In this document: positions 9,734 to 19,490 of the stretch, in pieces
Numbering within the stretch: the first letter of the stretch is position 1
Layout: every line of letters starts with the position of its first letter
NCBI GenBank assembly: GCA_965248835.1
Contig: CBDFLJ010000001.1
Span: 928,001 to 992,000, forward strand
Direction of reading: 5' to 3'
DNA length: 64,000 bases
Origin: Alphaproteobacteria bacterium
GTDB taxonomy: Bacteria > Pseudomonadota > Alphaproteobacteria > MPNO01
Position numbers and translations under genes: made by a program
Notes under the pieces: generated by a model
What the model saw: the letters and a program-made list of their open reading frames with translations, nothing else
What the model was told of the DNA's origin: nothing
The model's database searches: none

Positions 9734-10501
9734 GTGAGCCAGGACCATCCGAGTGATGAGATCGCAACGCAGCCGGATGCCGCCCGCAAGGGTGGTTCCG
9801 GCATCTATCGGCTCCTGCCGATCGTCGTGCTGGCCGCCGGGCTGATCGCCTTCTTCGCCTTCGATCTCGACCGGTTCGTCACGCTGGATGCGCTCAAGAT
9901 CCACCGCTCGTTTCTGCAAGGCTGGGTCGCCTCGCAAGGCGCGATGGCCTGGCTGATCTTCGGGCTGATCTATTTCGGCGCGGTGGCGCTGTCGATCCCT
10001 GGAGGCGTCATCCTGACCATAGCCGGCGGGTTCCTGTTCGGTCCCTATGTCGCGACCGGCGTCGTCGTCATCGGGGCGACCTGCGGGGCGACCGTCCTGT
10101 TCCTCGCCGCCCGTTACGCCTTCGCCGATATCCTGCGCCGCAAGGCGGGCACGGCGATGAGGCGCATGGAAGACGGGTTCCGGACCAACGCGCTGAGCTA
10201 CATGCTGGTGCTCCGCCTGGTGCCGCTGTTCCCGTTCTGGCTGGTCAACCTGGTGCCGGCTTTCCTGGGCGTTAGCATCAAGACCTACGTCATCGGCACG
10301 CTGGTCGGCATCATCCCGGGCACGTTCGTCTACGCGCTGGTCGGCGATGGGGCCGGCGCGGTGCTCGATGCCGGCGAGGACCTCAATCTCGGGATCATAT
10401 TCGAGCCCCGCTTCCTGGCGCCGATCATCGGGCTTGCGGCGCTCGCCTGCATCCCGATTCTCTACAAACGGATCACCGCGCGCGGCGGCAAGCCAGGCTG
10501 A
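9734..10501 (+). CDS. TVP38/TMEM64 (DedA/VTT) family membrane protein
   Basis: LSIPGG..LTIAGGFLFG and LRLVPLFPFWLVNLVPA motifs. Confidence 0.9.
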   Translation: MSQDHPSDEIATQPDAARKGGSGIYRLLPIVVLAAGLIAFFAFDLDRFVTLDALKIHRSFLQGWVASQGAMAWLIFGLIYFGAVALSIPGGVILTIAGGFLFGPYVATGVVVIGATCGATVLFLAARYAFADILRRKAGTAMRRMEDGFRTNALSYMLVLRLVPLFPFWLVNLVPAFLGVSIKTYVIGTLVGIIPGTFVYALVGDGAGAVLDAGEDLNLGIIFEPRFLAPIIGLAALACIPILYKRITARGGKPG

Positions 10502-10524
10502 TCGACGGCCGAGCGAGACCCGGA

Positions 10525-11958
10525 ATGCAACAAATGCCCGAGCGGCATCGCGTGGATATCTGCGTCATCGGCGCGGGCTCCGGCGGCCTGTCGGTGGCCG
10601 CGGCCGCCTCGCAGATGGGCGCATCGACCGTCCTGATCGAGCGCGACAGGATGGGCGGGGACTGCCTGAATGTCGGCTGCGTGCCCTCCAAGGCGATGAT
10701 CGCGGCCGCGCACGCCGCCCATGCGGCGCGCACCGCTGCCCCGTTCGGCATCCGCCTGGCGGAGCCGGAGATCGATTTCGCCGCCGTCCACGATCACGTC
10801 CACGGGGTGATCGCCTCCATCGCACCGCACGATTCGGTCGCGCGGTTCGAGGCGTTGGGGGTCACGGTGATCGCCGCCTCGGCCCGGTTTACCGGGCCGC
10901 GCACGGTGGTTGCCGGCGATCGCGAGATCACCGCGCGGCGGTTCGTTATCGCGACCGGCTCCAGGCCCGTGGTCCCGCCGATCCCCGGCCTGGAGGAGGT
11001 ACCCTACCTGACCAACGAGACGGTGTTCGAGCGCACCAGCGCACCGGGGCACCTGGTCGTGATCGGCGGCGGGCCGATCGGTATCGAGCTCGCCCAGGCC
11101 CATCGCCGCCTGGGCGCGGCAGTGACGGTGCTGGAGATGTTCACCGTGCTGGGCAAGGACGACCCCGAGCTCGCCGAGGTGGTCAAGGTCCGGCTCGCCA
11201 AGGAAGGCCTCACGCTGCTTGAGAGCATCAACATTCTCAAGGTCGCCAGGAACGGCCGCGGCGCGGCGATCGAGATCGAGCAGGACGGCGAAGCGCAGAC
11301 GATCGAGGCCTCGGACATCCTCGTCGCCGCCGGGCGGCGGCCCAATATCGAAGGGCTCGGCCTCGATGAGGCGGGGATCGCCCACACGCCGCGCGGGATC
11401 ACTATCGATCGGCGCCTGCTGACCACAAACCGGCGGGTGTTTGCGATCGGCGACGTCGCGGGGCCCTACCAGTTCACCCACATGGCCGGCTATCACGCCG
11501 GCATCGTCATCCGCAACGCGCTGTTCCGGCTGCCTGCCAAGGTGGACCACCGCGCCGTTCCCTGGGTGACCTACACCGATCCCGAACTCGCGCATGTCGG
11601 CATGACCGAGGCCGACGCCAAACAGCGCGTCGGCGCCATCCGCGTGTTGCGCTTTCCCTACGCCGAGAACGACCGGGCCAGCGCCGAACGGCAGACCGAC
11701 GGCTTCGTCAAGGTGATCACCTCGGCCAGGGGCAAGGTCCTGGGCGCCGGCATCGTGGGCGCCCATGCGGGTGAGCTGATTCAGACCTGGATCCTGCCGG
11801 TCGCGCGCGGTCTTCACATCAAGCATGTCGCCGGGCTGATCATGCCTTACCCGACGCTGGGCGAGATCAACAAGCGGGCGGCCGGCAGCTATTTCACGCC
11901 GACCCTGTTCGGCGATCGGACCAGACGCGTCGTTCGGCTGCTTGCCCGGCTGGGCTGA
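10525..11958 (+). CDS. MerA/LpdA-like pyridine nucleotide-disulfide oxidoreductase
   Basis: GAGSGG FAD motif, GGDCLNVGCVPSK redox disulfide, GGGPIG; C-terminal YPTLGE; no C-terminal Cys-Cys pair. Confidence 0.9.
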   Translation: MQQMPERHRVDICVIGAGSGGLSVAAAASQMGASTVLIERDRMGGDCLNVGCVPSKAMIAAAHAAHAARTAAPFGIRLAEPEIDFAAVHDHVHGVIASIAPHDSVARFEALGVTVIAASARFTGPRTVVAGDREITARRFVIATGSRPVVPPIPGLEEVPYLTNETVFERTSAPGHLVVIGGGPIGIELAQAHRRLGAAVTVLEMFTVLGKDDPELAEVVKVRLAKEGLTLLESINILKVARNGRGAAIEIEQDGEAQTIEASDILVAAGRRPNIEGLGLDEAGIAHTPRGITIDRRLLTTNRRVFAIGDVAGPYQFTHMAGYHAGIVIRNALFRLPAKVDHRAVPWVTYTDPELAHVGMTEADAKQRVGAIRVLRFPYAENDRASAERQTDGFVKVITSARGKVLGAGIVGAHAGELIQTWILPVARGLHIKHVAGLIMPYPTLGEINKRAAGSYFTPTLFGDRTRRVVRLLARLG

Positions 11959-12119
11959 TCGCGATCACGATCTGTTGAGGACGGGTGAGGGGTATTGATT
12001 TGGCGGCGCGCCGCTGTCGGTATCTAATCGGTTCCGCCAACATGGGTCCGGTTCGCCTGGGACGCCATAACCGCCGGGGTTGCGAGCCGACCCGGCAGTA
12101 CACGGGACGGGAGGTTTTC

Positions 12120-12398
12120 ATGATCCGTAAGACAGTCACGACGCTCAGCATTCTCGCCATGGCCAGCGCGACCGCCGCACTGCCGGCAGCCGCGGCCGGC
12201 GACACCGGCATGGCCAACACCCAGGTCGCAGCCTGCAACCCGTGCGCGGCCAAGAAGTGCAACCCGTGCGCCGCCAAGGCCTGCAACCCCTGCGCCGCCA
12301 AGGCCTGCAACCCGTGCGCCGCCAAAGCCTGCAACCCGTGCGCGGCGAAAAACCCGTGCGCCGCCAAGGCCTGCAACCCCTGCGCCGCCAAGAAATAG
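12120..12398 (+). CDS. exported Cys-rich (C)NPCAAK-repeat peptide, 92 aa
   Basis: GGGAGG SD at 12109-12114; Sec-like signal peptide; 7 NPCAAK units with 13 Cys; followed by a hairpin. Confidence 0.85.
   Translation: MIRKTVTTLSILAMASATAALPAAAAGDTGMANTQVAACNPCAAKKCNPCAAKACNPCAAKACNPCAAKACNPCAAKNPCAAKACNPCAAKK
12231..12395 (+). repeat. 24-bp coding tandem repeat (GCCTGCAACCCGTGCGCCGCCAAG-like)
   Basis: Seven near-identical units differing mostly at synonymous sites; one unit is shortened. Confidence 0.9.
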
Positions 12399-12421
12399 AA
12401 CAGACCGCCAAAGGTCCCGAG

Positions 12422-12452
12422 GGCGCCGCCAAAGAGGCTGTTTGGCGGCGCC
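12422..12452 (+). terminator. hairpin, putative terminator or RNA stabiliser
   Basis: Perfect 12-bp inverted repeat GGCGCCGCCAAA / TTTGGCGGCGCC; no clear U-tract. Confidence 0.55.
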
Positions 12453-12517
12453 ATCCGTTCCCTGCCCCGGGCTGAACGGTTCGATTCGCCGCCGATCCGC
12501 TCTACTATGCGCCGGCC

Positions 12518-13984
12518 ATGGTCGCGCACAACGCCGGATTTAAGCGCTTGGCGAGCGGACGCCGCTTCTGGACCGGGCTTTCCGCCCGCCTGCTCGTGCT
12601 GACGATCTTTTTCGTGATGCTGAGCGAGGTGTTCATCTACGCACCCTCGATCGGCCGTTACCGCCTGGTCTACCTGCAGGAGCGGATCGCCGCCGCCCAC
12701 CTCGCCTCGCTGGCCGTCCAGGGGCCGCCCGAAGGGACCATCACCAAGCCGCGGTTGCGCGAGCTGCTCGATCACGCGCGCTCACACGGTGTGGTGCTGC
12801 GGCGCCAAGCCTCCAAAGCGCTGATGCTGAGCGGCGATATGCCGCCGCGAGTCGACGACACCTACGACCTGCGCCGGACCGAGTTCTTCTCTCTGATCTG
12901 GGAAGCGCTGATGGTGTTGGCGGGCGAGAACAACCGGGTGATTCGGGTGATCGCACCCTCGCCCAAGTCGCCCGGCGTCCTGGTCGAGACCATCATCGAC
13001 GAGGCCCCGATGCGGATGGAGATGTTCGATTACTCCAAACGCATCCTGCTGCTGTCGATCGTCATCTCGCTGATCACCGCCTCGCTGGTCTATCTCAGCC
13101 TGCAGCTTCTTTTCGTCCGGCCGATGCTCGGCATCACCCAGTCGATGACCGCCTTCCGCGCCGACCCCGACGATGCCAGGGGAATGATCAAGCCGTCGCG
13201 GCGGTCCGATGAGATCGGACGCGCCCAGCGCGAGCTGGCGAACATGCAGGACGGGCTGCGCACCGCGCTTCAGCAGCGCTCGCGCCTGGCTGCGCTCGGC
13301 ACCGCGGTGGCCAAGATCAACCACGACCTTCGCAATATCCTGGCCAGCGCTCAGCTCGTCTCGGACCATATCGAGCGCAGCGCCGACCCCAAGGTGCGCA
13401 AGATCGCCCCCACCCTGCTGGGCGCGCTGGACCGGGCCATCAAGCTGTGCAGCCAGACGCTCGCCTATGCCCATGACGGCACGCCGCCGCCGGTCCACGC
13501 CGCCTTCGACCTCCGCGCGCTGGCCGAGGAGGCGGGCGGCGACATCCTGGAATCCCGGTTCCCCGATGCCGTCTTCGAATGCATCCTGCCGCCGGGCTTC
13601 GAAATCGTGGCCGACCGCGACCAGCTCTACCGGGTGCTCAGCAACATCGCGCTCAACGCCTATCAGGCCGGGGCCGGCCGGGTCGCGGTCTCGGCGCGCC
13701 GCACCGACACCGCCGCCCTGATCGAGATCGCCGACGACGGGCCGGGCCTGTCGGCCAGGGTGCGCGAGAAGCTGTTCCAGCCGTTTTCCGGCTCCGGGCG
13801 GGCCGGCGGCACCGGGCTCGGGCTGTCGATCGCACGCGATCTGATGCGCGGCCACGGCGGCGATGTCCGGCTGGTTCAAACCGGCGAGAGCGGCACCGTC
13901 TTCGAGCTCGAACTGCCGTCGGAGGCCCGCGCGGGCGCGCGCCGGCCGGTCAGGTCCGGGTCCCGGCCGCACCAGGATGCGTGA
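12518..13984 (+). CDS. HAMP-domain sensor histidine kinase (no adjacent response regulator)
   Basis: Two TM segments, HAMP (DEIG), H-box INHDLRN, N-box, DDGPG and GTGLGLSI. Confidence 0.92.
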   Translation: MVAHNAGFKRLASGRRFWTGLSARLLVLTIFFVMLSEVFIYAPSIGRYRLVYLQERIAAAHLASLAVQGPPEGTITKPRLRELLDHARSHGVVLRRQASKALMLSGDMPPRVDDTYDLRRTEFFSLIWEALMVLAGENNRVIRVIAPSPKSPGVLVETIIDEAPMRMEMFDYSKRILLLSIVISLITASLVYLSLQLLFVRPMLGITQSMTAFRADPDDARGMIKPSRRSDEIGRAQRELANMQDGLRTALQQRSRLAALGTAVAKINHDLRNILASAQLVSDHIERSADPKVRKIAPTLLGALDRAIKLCSQTLAYAHDGTPPPVHAAFDLRALAEEAGGDILESRFPDAVFECILPPGFEIVADRDQLYRVLSNIALNAYQAGAGRVAVSARRTDTAALIEIADDGPGLSARVREKLFQPFSGSGRAGGTGLGLSIARDLMRGHGGDVRLVQTGESGTVFELELPSEARAGARRPVRSGSRPHQDA

Positions 13985-14012
13985 GCCGCCCGCCGCGGAT
14001 CGGTCGCCGGGC

Positions 14013-14627
14013 TCAACCTTTCCGGCGCGCCGTGATATGGAAGATATGCCAGTGCTTGGGCTGGCCGCGCGGGGTGACGCTGTCGTCCTCCTCCTCACGG
14101 AAGAACTCGATCGCGAAGCCGGCGAACAACGCTTCGGCCTCGCCGCGGGTGTGGAAGGTGATCGACGGATCGCCGAACCATTCGTCGCGCTCGCCATAGA
14201 GCTGGCCCGCGAACCGCCCGCCGGGCGCCAGCGCGCCGACGATCCTTGCCCACAGCCCGGGGAAGGAGGCGGGACGGCAAAGCGGCAGCGCGAAGCTCGA
14301 ATTGATCAGGTCCGCGCTCGGGATTTCGGCATCCTCGAAACCGCGGACAGCCGCTTCCAGCCGGCCGGTCGCCGGCAGGTCTTCGCGGGCCCGCAGCGCC
14401 TCGACCGCGGCGGCCTGGGCATCCAGCGCCAGCACGTGCCAGCCGCGGCGCAGCAGCTCGACGACGTCGCGCCCGCCGCCGCAGCCGAGGTCGACGGCGA
14501 ACCCCGGCCCGGCTTGCGCATCAAACGCATCCAGAGCACGGATCAGCGTCTCGCGCGGCGGCCGGGCACCGGTCTTGGCGTAATAGCCGCGCCAGTCCTC
14601 GGCTGCGGTGATCCGCCCGCCGCTCAC
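14013..14627 (-). CDS. class I SAM-dependent methyltransferase (TehB-like)
   Basis: VDLGCGGGRD motif I; LAPGGRFAG; KHWHIFHI C-terminus. Confidence 0.85.
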   Translation of the reverse strand: MSGGRITAAEDWRGYYAKTGARPPRETLIRALDAFDAQAGPGFAVDLGCGGGRDVVELLRRGWHVLALDAQAAAVEALRAREDLPATGRLEAAVRGFEDAEIPSADLINSSFALPLCRPASFPGLWARIVGALAPGGRFAGQLYGERDEWFGDPSITFHTRGEAEALFAGFAIEFFREEEDDSVTPRGQPKHWHIFHITARRKG

Positions 14628-15538
14628 GCGCGCAGTTCTGTCGGCGGGAAATTGCCGGCCCGACCCAGCATCGCCGGGACCTGGCGGCCGAGCTGTTGCT
14701 CGATCCAGTGGGCGGTGTCGATCAGCGCCTCGATATCGGCGCCGGTCTCGATGCCCGAGCGTTCAAGCAGGTAGACCAGGTCCTCGGTCGGGATGTTGCC
14801 GGTCGCGGCCGGAGCGAAGGGGCAGCCGCCGATCCCGCCGATGCTGGCATCGAGCGCATGGGCGCCGGCCTCGACCGCGGCGAAGGCATTGGCCAGCCCG
14901 GTGTTGCGAGTGTTGTGGAAATGCCCGCGTAGCCGCACGCCGGGCGCGATGCCGGCGACCTCGGTGAACATCTCTCTCACCTGGGTCGGGACCGCCACCC
15001 CAATGGTGTCGGCAATGCCGATCTCGAAGGCGCCTGTGCCGGCACAATGCCGGACCAGCTCATGGACCCGCTCGGGCCGCACCTCGCCCTGGAACGGACA
15101 GCCGAAGGCCGCGCTGAGCGTCAGGCTGAACCGGATGCCGGCTTGCTTGGCGGCACCGGCGATGTCCTCGAAGACCACGATGCCCTGTTCGATGGACGTG
15201 CCCTGGTTGCGCTGAGAGAAGACATCCGAAGCGACCAGCGCGTAGTTCACCTCGCGGCAGCCCGCCGCGGCAGCCCGCTCGAAGCCCCGCAGGTTGAGCA
15301 CCAGGCCGATATAGGTGACGTCCTCGCGGGCGGGCAGAGCGGCCATGACCGCCTCGGCATCGGCCATCTGGGGGACCCGCTTGGGGTTGACGAAGCTTGC
15401 CGCTTCCAGCCGGCGTATCCCGGCGGCGACCGCCCGGCCGATCAACGCGACCTTGACCTCGGTGGACAGGATCTCCGGCTCGTTTTGCAGCCCGTCGCGG
15501 GCCGAGACCTCGATCAGCTCGATTCGACGCGGCGGCAT
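14624..15538 (-). CDS. hydroxymethylglutaryl-CoA lyase family protein
   Basis: RDGLQNE, HFHNTRNTG and GGCPFAPAATGNIPTED motifs. Confidence 0.92.
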   Translation of the reverse strand: MPPRRIELIEVSARDGLQNEPEILSTEVKVALIGRAVAAGIRRLEAASFVNPKRVPQMADAEAVMAALPAREDVTYIGLVLNLRGFERAAAAGCREVNYALVASDVFSQRNQGTSIEQGIVVFEDIAGAAKQAGIRFSLTLSAAFGCPFQGEVRPERVHELVRHCAGTGAFEIGIADTIGVAVPTQVREMFTEVAGIAPGVRLRGHFHNTRNTGLANAFAAVEAGAHALDASIGGIGGCPFAPAATGNIPTEDLVYLLERSGIETGADIEALIDTAHWIEQQLGRQVPAMLGRAGNFPPTELRA

Positions 15539-15678
15539 GGGCCTCTCCTGGATCTCGGCACCTGGGAATAATCCGACAAGCTTGGTCAGTTCTCAATCGA
15601 TTTCGACGCTTCGCCCGGCGCGACGTTGACACCTGCCGACGGCGACCGCAATGATCCCGCGCACCCGGGGATAGGCGA

Positions 15679-16893
15679 ATGACCAGCCAGACCGAAGACC
15701 GCAAAGGGCCGCTGAACGACCTTCGGGTGATCGAGATGGGCCAGCTCATCGCCGGGCCGTTCTGCGGCCAGCTCCTGGCCGATTTCGGCGCCGAGGTGAT
15801 CAAGCTCGAACAACCCGGTTCCGGCGATCCGATGCGCGAATGGGGCTCGGAGAAGCCGCACGGCAAGGCGCTGTGGTTTCCGGTGCTCGCCCGCAACAAG
15901 AAATCGGTCACGTTGAACGCGCGCGAGGAAGAGGGCCAGGCGATCATCCGTTCGCTGGTCGAGAAGTCCGACATCGTGCTGGAGAACTTCCGGCCCGGGA
16001 CCATGGAGCGCTGGAACCTCGGCTACGACGACATGGCCAGGATCAACCCCGGGATCATCATGGTCCGGGTCAGCGGTTACGGCCAGACCGGACCCTATTC
16101 CCAGCGCGCCGGCTATGGCGCGATCGGCGAGGCGATGGGCGGGCTGCGCTACGTCGTCGGCGATCCGGCGACCCCGCCGAGCCGGATGGGCATCTCCATC
16201 GGCGACACGCTGGCCGCGACGTTTGCCGCGCTGGGCGCGATGATGGCGGTCCACAACCGCGCGCGCACCGGGCGCGGCCAGGTGGTCGACAGCGCGATCT
16301 ACGAAGCGGTGCTGGCGGTCATGGAGTGCCTGGTCGCCGAATACGACATCGGCGGATACGTCCGCGAGCGCACCGGATCGATCCTGCCGATGATCGCGCC
16401 GTCGAACGTCTATGAGGCAGCCGACGGCAAGATGGTGCTGATCGCGGCCAACCAGGACACCGTCTTCAAGCGCTTGGCCGCCGCGATGGGCCGCCCGGAG
16501 CTTGCCGAGGACCCGCGCTATGCGACCCACATCGCGCGCGGCACCAACCAGGCCGACCTCGATGCGCTGATCTCGGACTGGGCGGGTACGATGGATGCCC
16601 GCACGCTGACCGGGCGGCTCAACGAGCACGGCGTTCCCAACGGCGACATCTACCGCGCGCCGGAGATGCTGGAGGATGCCCATTTCAAGGCGCGCGAGGC
16701 CATCGTCCGGCTGGTCGATCCGATCCTCGGCCCGATGCGCATGCAGAACGTGGCACCCAAGCTGTCCGCCACCCCCGGCGAGATCCGCCGCACCGGCCCG
16801 GCGCTCGGCGAGCACAACGAAGAGATCCTGGGCGGTCTGCTCGGGCTGGATCGGGCCGCGCGCGACCGGCTGGCGGCTTCCGGCATCATCTGA
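15679..16893 (+). CDS. CaiB/BaiF family III CoA transferase
   Basis: LIAGPFCGQLLADFGAEVIK, RNKKSVTLN, ENFRPG and GYGQTGP motifs. Confidence 0.93.
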   Translation: MTSQTEDRKGPLNDLRVIEMGQLIAGPFCGQLLADFGAEVIKLEQPGSGDPMREWGSEKPHGKALWFPVLARNKKSVTLNAREEEGQAIIRSLVEKSDIVLENFRPGTMERWNLGYDDMARINPGIIMVRVSGYGQTGPYSQRAGYGAIGEAMGGLRYVVGDPATPPSRMGISIGDTLAATFAALGAMMAVHNRARTGRGQVVDSAIYEAVLAVMECLVAEYDIGGYVRERTGSILPMIAPSNVYEAADGKMVLIAANQDTVFKRLAAAMGRPELAEDPRYATHIARGTNQADLDALISDWAGTMDARTLTGRLNEHGVPNGDIYRAPEMLEDAHFKAREAIVRLVDPILGPMRMQNVAPKLSATPGEIRRTGPALGEHNEEILGGLLGLDRAARDRLAASGII

Positions 16894-16961
16894 GGCGCGT
16901 TCGGTTCCACCGGACCGGACCGTTCCTGCGGCGCCGATCGAGACCGGGCGAAGGCGCGCGA

Positions 16962-17585
16962 TCACACCAGCGGTTTCATGATGTGTTCGCGGTATCCCGG
17001 CCGTTCGGTGAGGCGGTCGTACCAGCGGGCGAGGTTGGCGTAGTCCTCGCGCTCGATGTCGAGGTGATACCAGCGGTAGGCGGCGATCCCGACGGGAATA
17101 TCGCCGATGGTAAAGGTCTCCCCGGTGATGAAGGACCGGTCGGCCAGGGCCGCGTCCAGCATGCCGAACAGGGCCGCAAGCCGGTCGCGGGCCGCCGCGA
17201 TCGCGGCCGGGTCGCGCTGCTCCGGCGGGGTGCGCACCAGCCCGCGGAAGACCACGACCATCGACGGGCTGAGCGTGGAGATCTGCCAGTCCATCCAGCG
17301 CTCCGCATCGGCCCTGACGCGCACATTGCCGGGCCACAGCCCGCCCGCGCCGTGGACCGCGGCGAGATAGCGCAGGCAGGCGTTGGATTCCCACAGCACG
17401 AACCCGTCATCGATGATCGTCGGCACCAGCCCGTTGGGGTTGAGCGCCAGGTAGTCGGCCCGGTCGTTGCCGCCGAACGGCCCGCCGATATCGCTGCGCT
17501 CGAACGCAAGCCCGAGCTCGGCCGCCCCCCACAGCACCTTCTGGACGTTGGACGAGGTCGCGCGGCCCAGGATCTTGAGCATCAT
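16962..17585 (-). CDS. glutathione S-transferase (GstB-like), copy 2
   Basis: LKILGRATSSNVQKVLW, LNPNGLVPT and WESNA motifs; ATGA overlap with upstream copy. Confidence 0.92.
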   Translation of the reverse strand: MMLKILGRATSSNVQKVLWGAAELGLAFERSDIGGPFGGNDRADYLALNPNGLVPTIIDDGFVLWESNACLRYLAAVHGAGGLWPGNVRVRADAERWMDWQISTLSPSMVVVFRGLVRTPPEQRDPAAIAAARDRLAALFGMLDAALADRSFITGETFTIGDIPVGIAAYRWYHLDIEREDYANLARWYDRLTERPGYREHIMKPLV

Positions 17586-18205
17586 GCGAGCCCGATATCG
17601 ACCACGTGCTTGATGAAGGCGGGCCTTGCCGAGACCAGGTCGTACCAGCGCCGCAAATGGGGATAGTCCTCGCGCTCGATGTCGAGGTTGAACCAGCGGA
17701 AGCTCAGGATCGCGGGCGGCATGTCGCCCATGGTGATCGCATCGCCGGCGATATAGCGGTTCTCGGCGAGATGGGCATCGAGCATCGCCATCTTGGCACC
17801 CCAGTTGACGCGGGCGTTCTTGATCCGCTCGGCGTCGCGCTGTTCCGGCGGGGTGCGGATGAGCCCCTGGAAGACCGGGACATGGGCCGACGCGAGTGTG
17901 CCCAACGACCAGTCCATCCACTGGTTCGCCCGCGCGCGCGCCTTCAGGTCGGTCGGGTACCAGGTGCCCGCGGCGTGGTTGGAGGCGAGATAGCGCAAAC
18001 AGCTATTGGATTCCCAGATCACGAACCCGTCGTCGATCAGCGTCGGCACCAGGCCGTTCGGGTTGAGCGCCAGATATTCCGCCTGGTCATTGCCGCCGTA
18101 AGGGCCGCCGATGTCGGTGCGCTCGACCGGCAGGCCGATCTCCTCGCACAGCCATACCACCTTCTGGACGTTCGAGGACGTGGCCCGGCCCAGGATTTTC
18201 AGCAT
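17582..18205 (-). CDS. glutathione S-transferase (GstB-like), copy 1
   Basis: LKILGRATSSNVQKVVW, LNPNGLVPT and WESNS motifs; GGAGG SD. Confidence 0.92.
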   Translation of the reverse strand: MLKILGRATSSNVQKVVWLCEEIGLPVERTDIGGPYGGNDQAEYLALNPNGLVPTLIDDGFVIWESNSCLRYLASNHAAGTWYPTDLKARARANQWMDWSLGTLASAHVPVFQGLIRTPPEQRDAERIKNARVNWGAKMAMLDAHLAENRYIAGDAITMGDMPPAILSFRWFNLDIEREDYPHLRRWYDLVSARPAFIKHVVDIGLA

Positions 18206-18238
18206 TGTTGCATCCCTCCAATGAGTTTGATGGACTAA

Positions 18239-19471
18239 CTAATCGAGTGTGAGCAGCGCCGCCTTCAGGTAAGCGCTTTCCGGCAGATAGGGATGGACCG
18301 GGTGGTCCGGCGCCGCACCCCCGGTGTGGACGATGCGGCCCGCGCGCCCGGCATCGCGCAGCGCCCCGCGCACGGCTTCGGCGAAGTGCGCCGCATCGAC
18401 CCGATGCGAGCACGAAGCAGTGAACAGGAACCCTCCGGGCGCGACCAGGCGCGCGGCCAGGCGGAACAGCTTGCGGTAGCCCTTGAGCCCGCTCGGCAGA
18501 TCCTTCTTGGACTTCACGAAGGCCGGCGGGTCGGCGACCACGATATCGAAGCGGCGGGCCTCGGCGGCGAAGTCCTCCAGCGTGCGAAACGCCTCCCCGC
18601 GCACGAACGCGCAGCGCCCGGCGACGCCGTTGAGGCCGGCCGCCGCCTCGGCGAGTTCCAGCGCCGGCGCCGAGCGGTCGAGGCAGGTCACCGCAGCCGC
18701 GCCGGCGATCGCTGCCTGGACGCCGAATCCGCCCAGATAGCTGTAGATGTCGAGCACCCGCGCCCCGCCGGCGGCGAGCCGGGCAACGCGCGCCCGGTTC
18801 TCGCGGTGATCGAAGAACCAGCCGGTCTTCTGGCCGCCGCCGGGATCGCACAGGAAGCGGGCGCCGTTCTCCTCGACCGCGATGGCCCCGTCCAGCGGCG
18901 CGCCGAGGCTGCGGACATCGGCATCCAGCCCCTCCATCGTCCGCGCCGCGCTGTCGTTGCGCAGCACCACCGCGCGGGGCGCGAGGACCTCCTCGACCGC
19001 CGCGAGCAGCGGCGCCGCGAGCCGGTCCATGCCCGCGGTGTTGAGCTGGATGACGCAGACCTCGCCGTAACGGTCGAGCACCAGACCCGGCAGCCCGTCG
19101 GCCTCCGACCAGGCCAGCCGGTAGAACGGCGCCGCATACAGCCGTTCGCGCAGCGCAAGGGCGGCGCGCAGCCGTGCGGCAAGGAACGCGCGATCGATCT
19201 CGGCATCGGGGTCCTGGCACAACAGCCGCGCGCTGATCAGCGGATGGGGATTGAACATCGCCGCTCCGATGCCGCCGCCCGCGTGATCCCGCAGCGCCAC
19301 GATCGTGCCAGGCACGATCGCCTTGATGTCCGGCGTCATCTGGATCTCGTTGGAATAGGCCCAGGGGTGGCCGGCCCGCATGCGCTTGTGGCGCCCGGCC
19401 GCGAGCTTTACCTGCGGACGCCCTGTGCCGGCATCCGCGCCCGCGGGGGTTGCGAAATCGACTGTGGCCAT
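18239..19471 (-). CDS. RlmI/RlmK-family rRNA methyltransferase
   Basis: PUA-like GHPWAYSNE, EADGLPGLVLDRYG, GQKTGWFFD and DPPAF motifs; alternative GTG start at 19498. Confidence 0.9.
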   Translation of the reverse strand: MATVDFATPAGADAGTGRPQVKLAAGRHKRMRAGHPWAYSNEIQMTPDIKAIVPGTIVALRDHAGGGIGAAMFNPHPLISARLLCQDPDAEIDRAFLAARLRAALALRERLYAAPFYRLAWSEADGLPGLVLDRYGEVCVIQLNTAGMDRLAAPLLAAVEEVLAPRAVVLRNDSAARTMEGLDADVRSLGAPLDGAIAVEENGARFLCDPGGGQKTGWFFDHRENRARVARLAAGGARVLDIYSYLGGFGVQAAIAGAAAVTCLDRSAPALELAEAAAGLNGVAGRCAFVRGEAFRTLEDFAAEARRFDIVVADPPAFVKSKKDLPSGLKGYRKLFRLAARLVAPGGFLFTASCSHRVDAAHFAEAVRGALRDAGRAGRIVHTGGAAPDHPVHPYLPESAYLKAALLTLD

Positions 19472-19490
19472 GGCGCGCAGTCTATCGGGC

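Noticed and set aside
10525-11958. Calling the flavoprotein merA or lpdA
   Set aside because: It lacks the MerA C-terminal Cys-Cys and NmerA domain, has no mer operon context, and lacks the catalytic His of LpdA.
12231-12395. Repeat arrays here and at 36216-36560 as CRISPR arrays
   Set aside because: Repeats are contiguous, in frame and lack unique spacers; no cas genes in the window.
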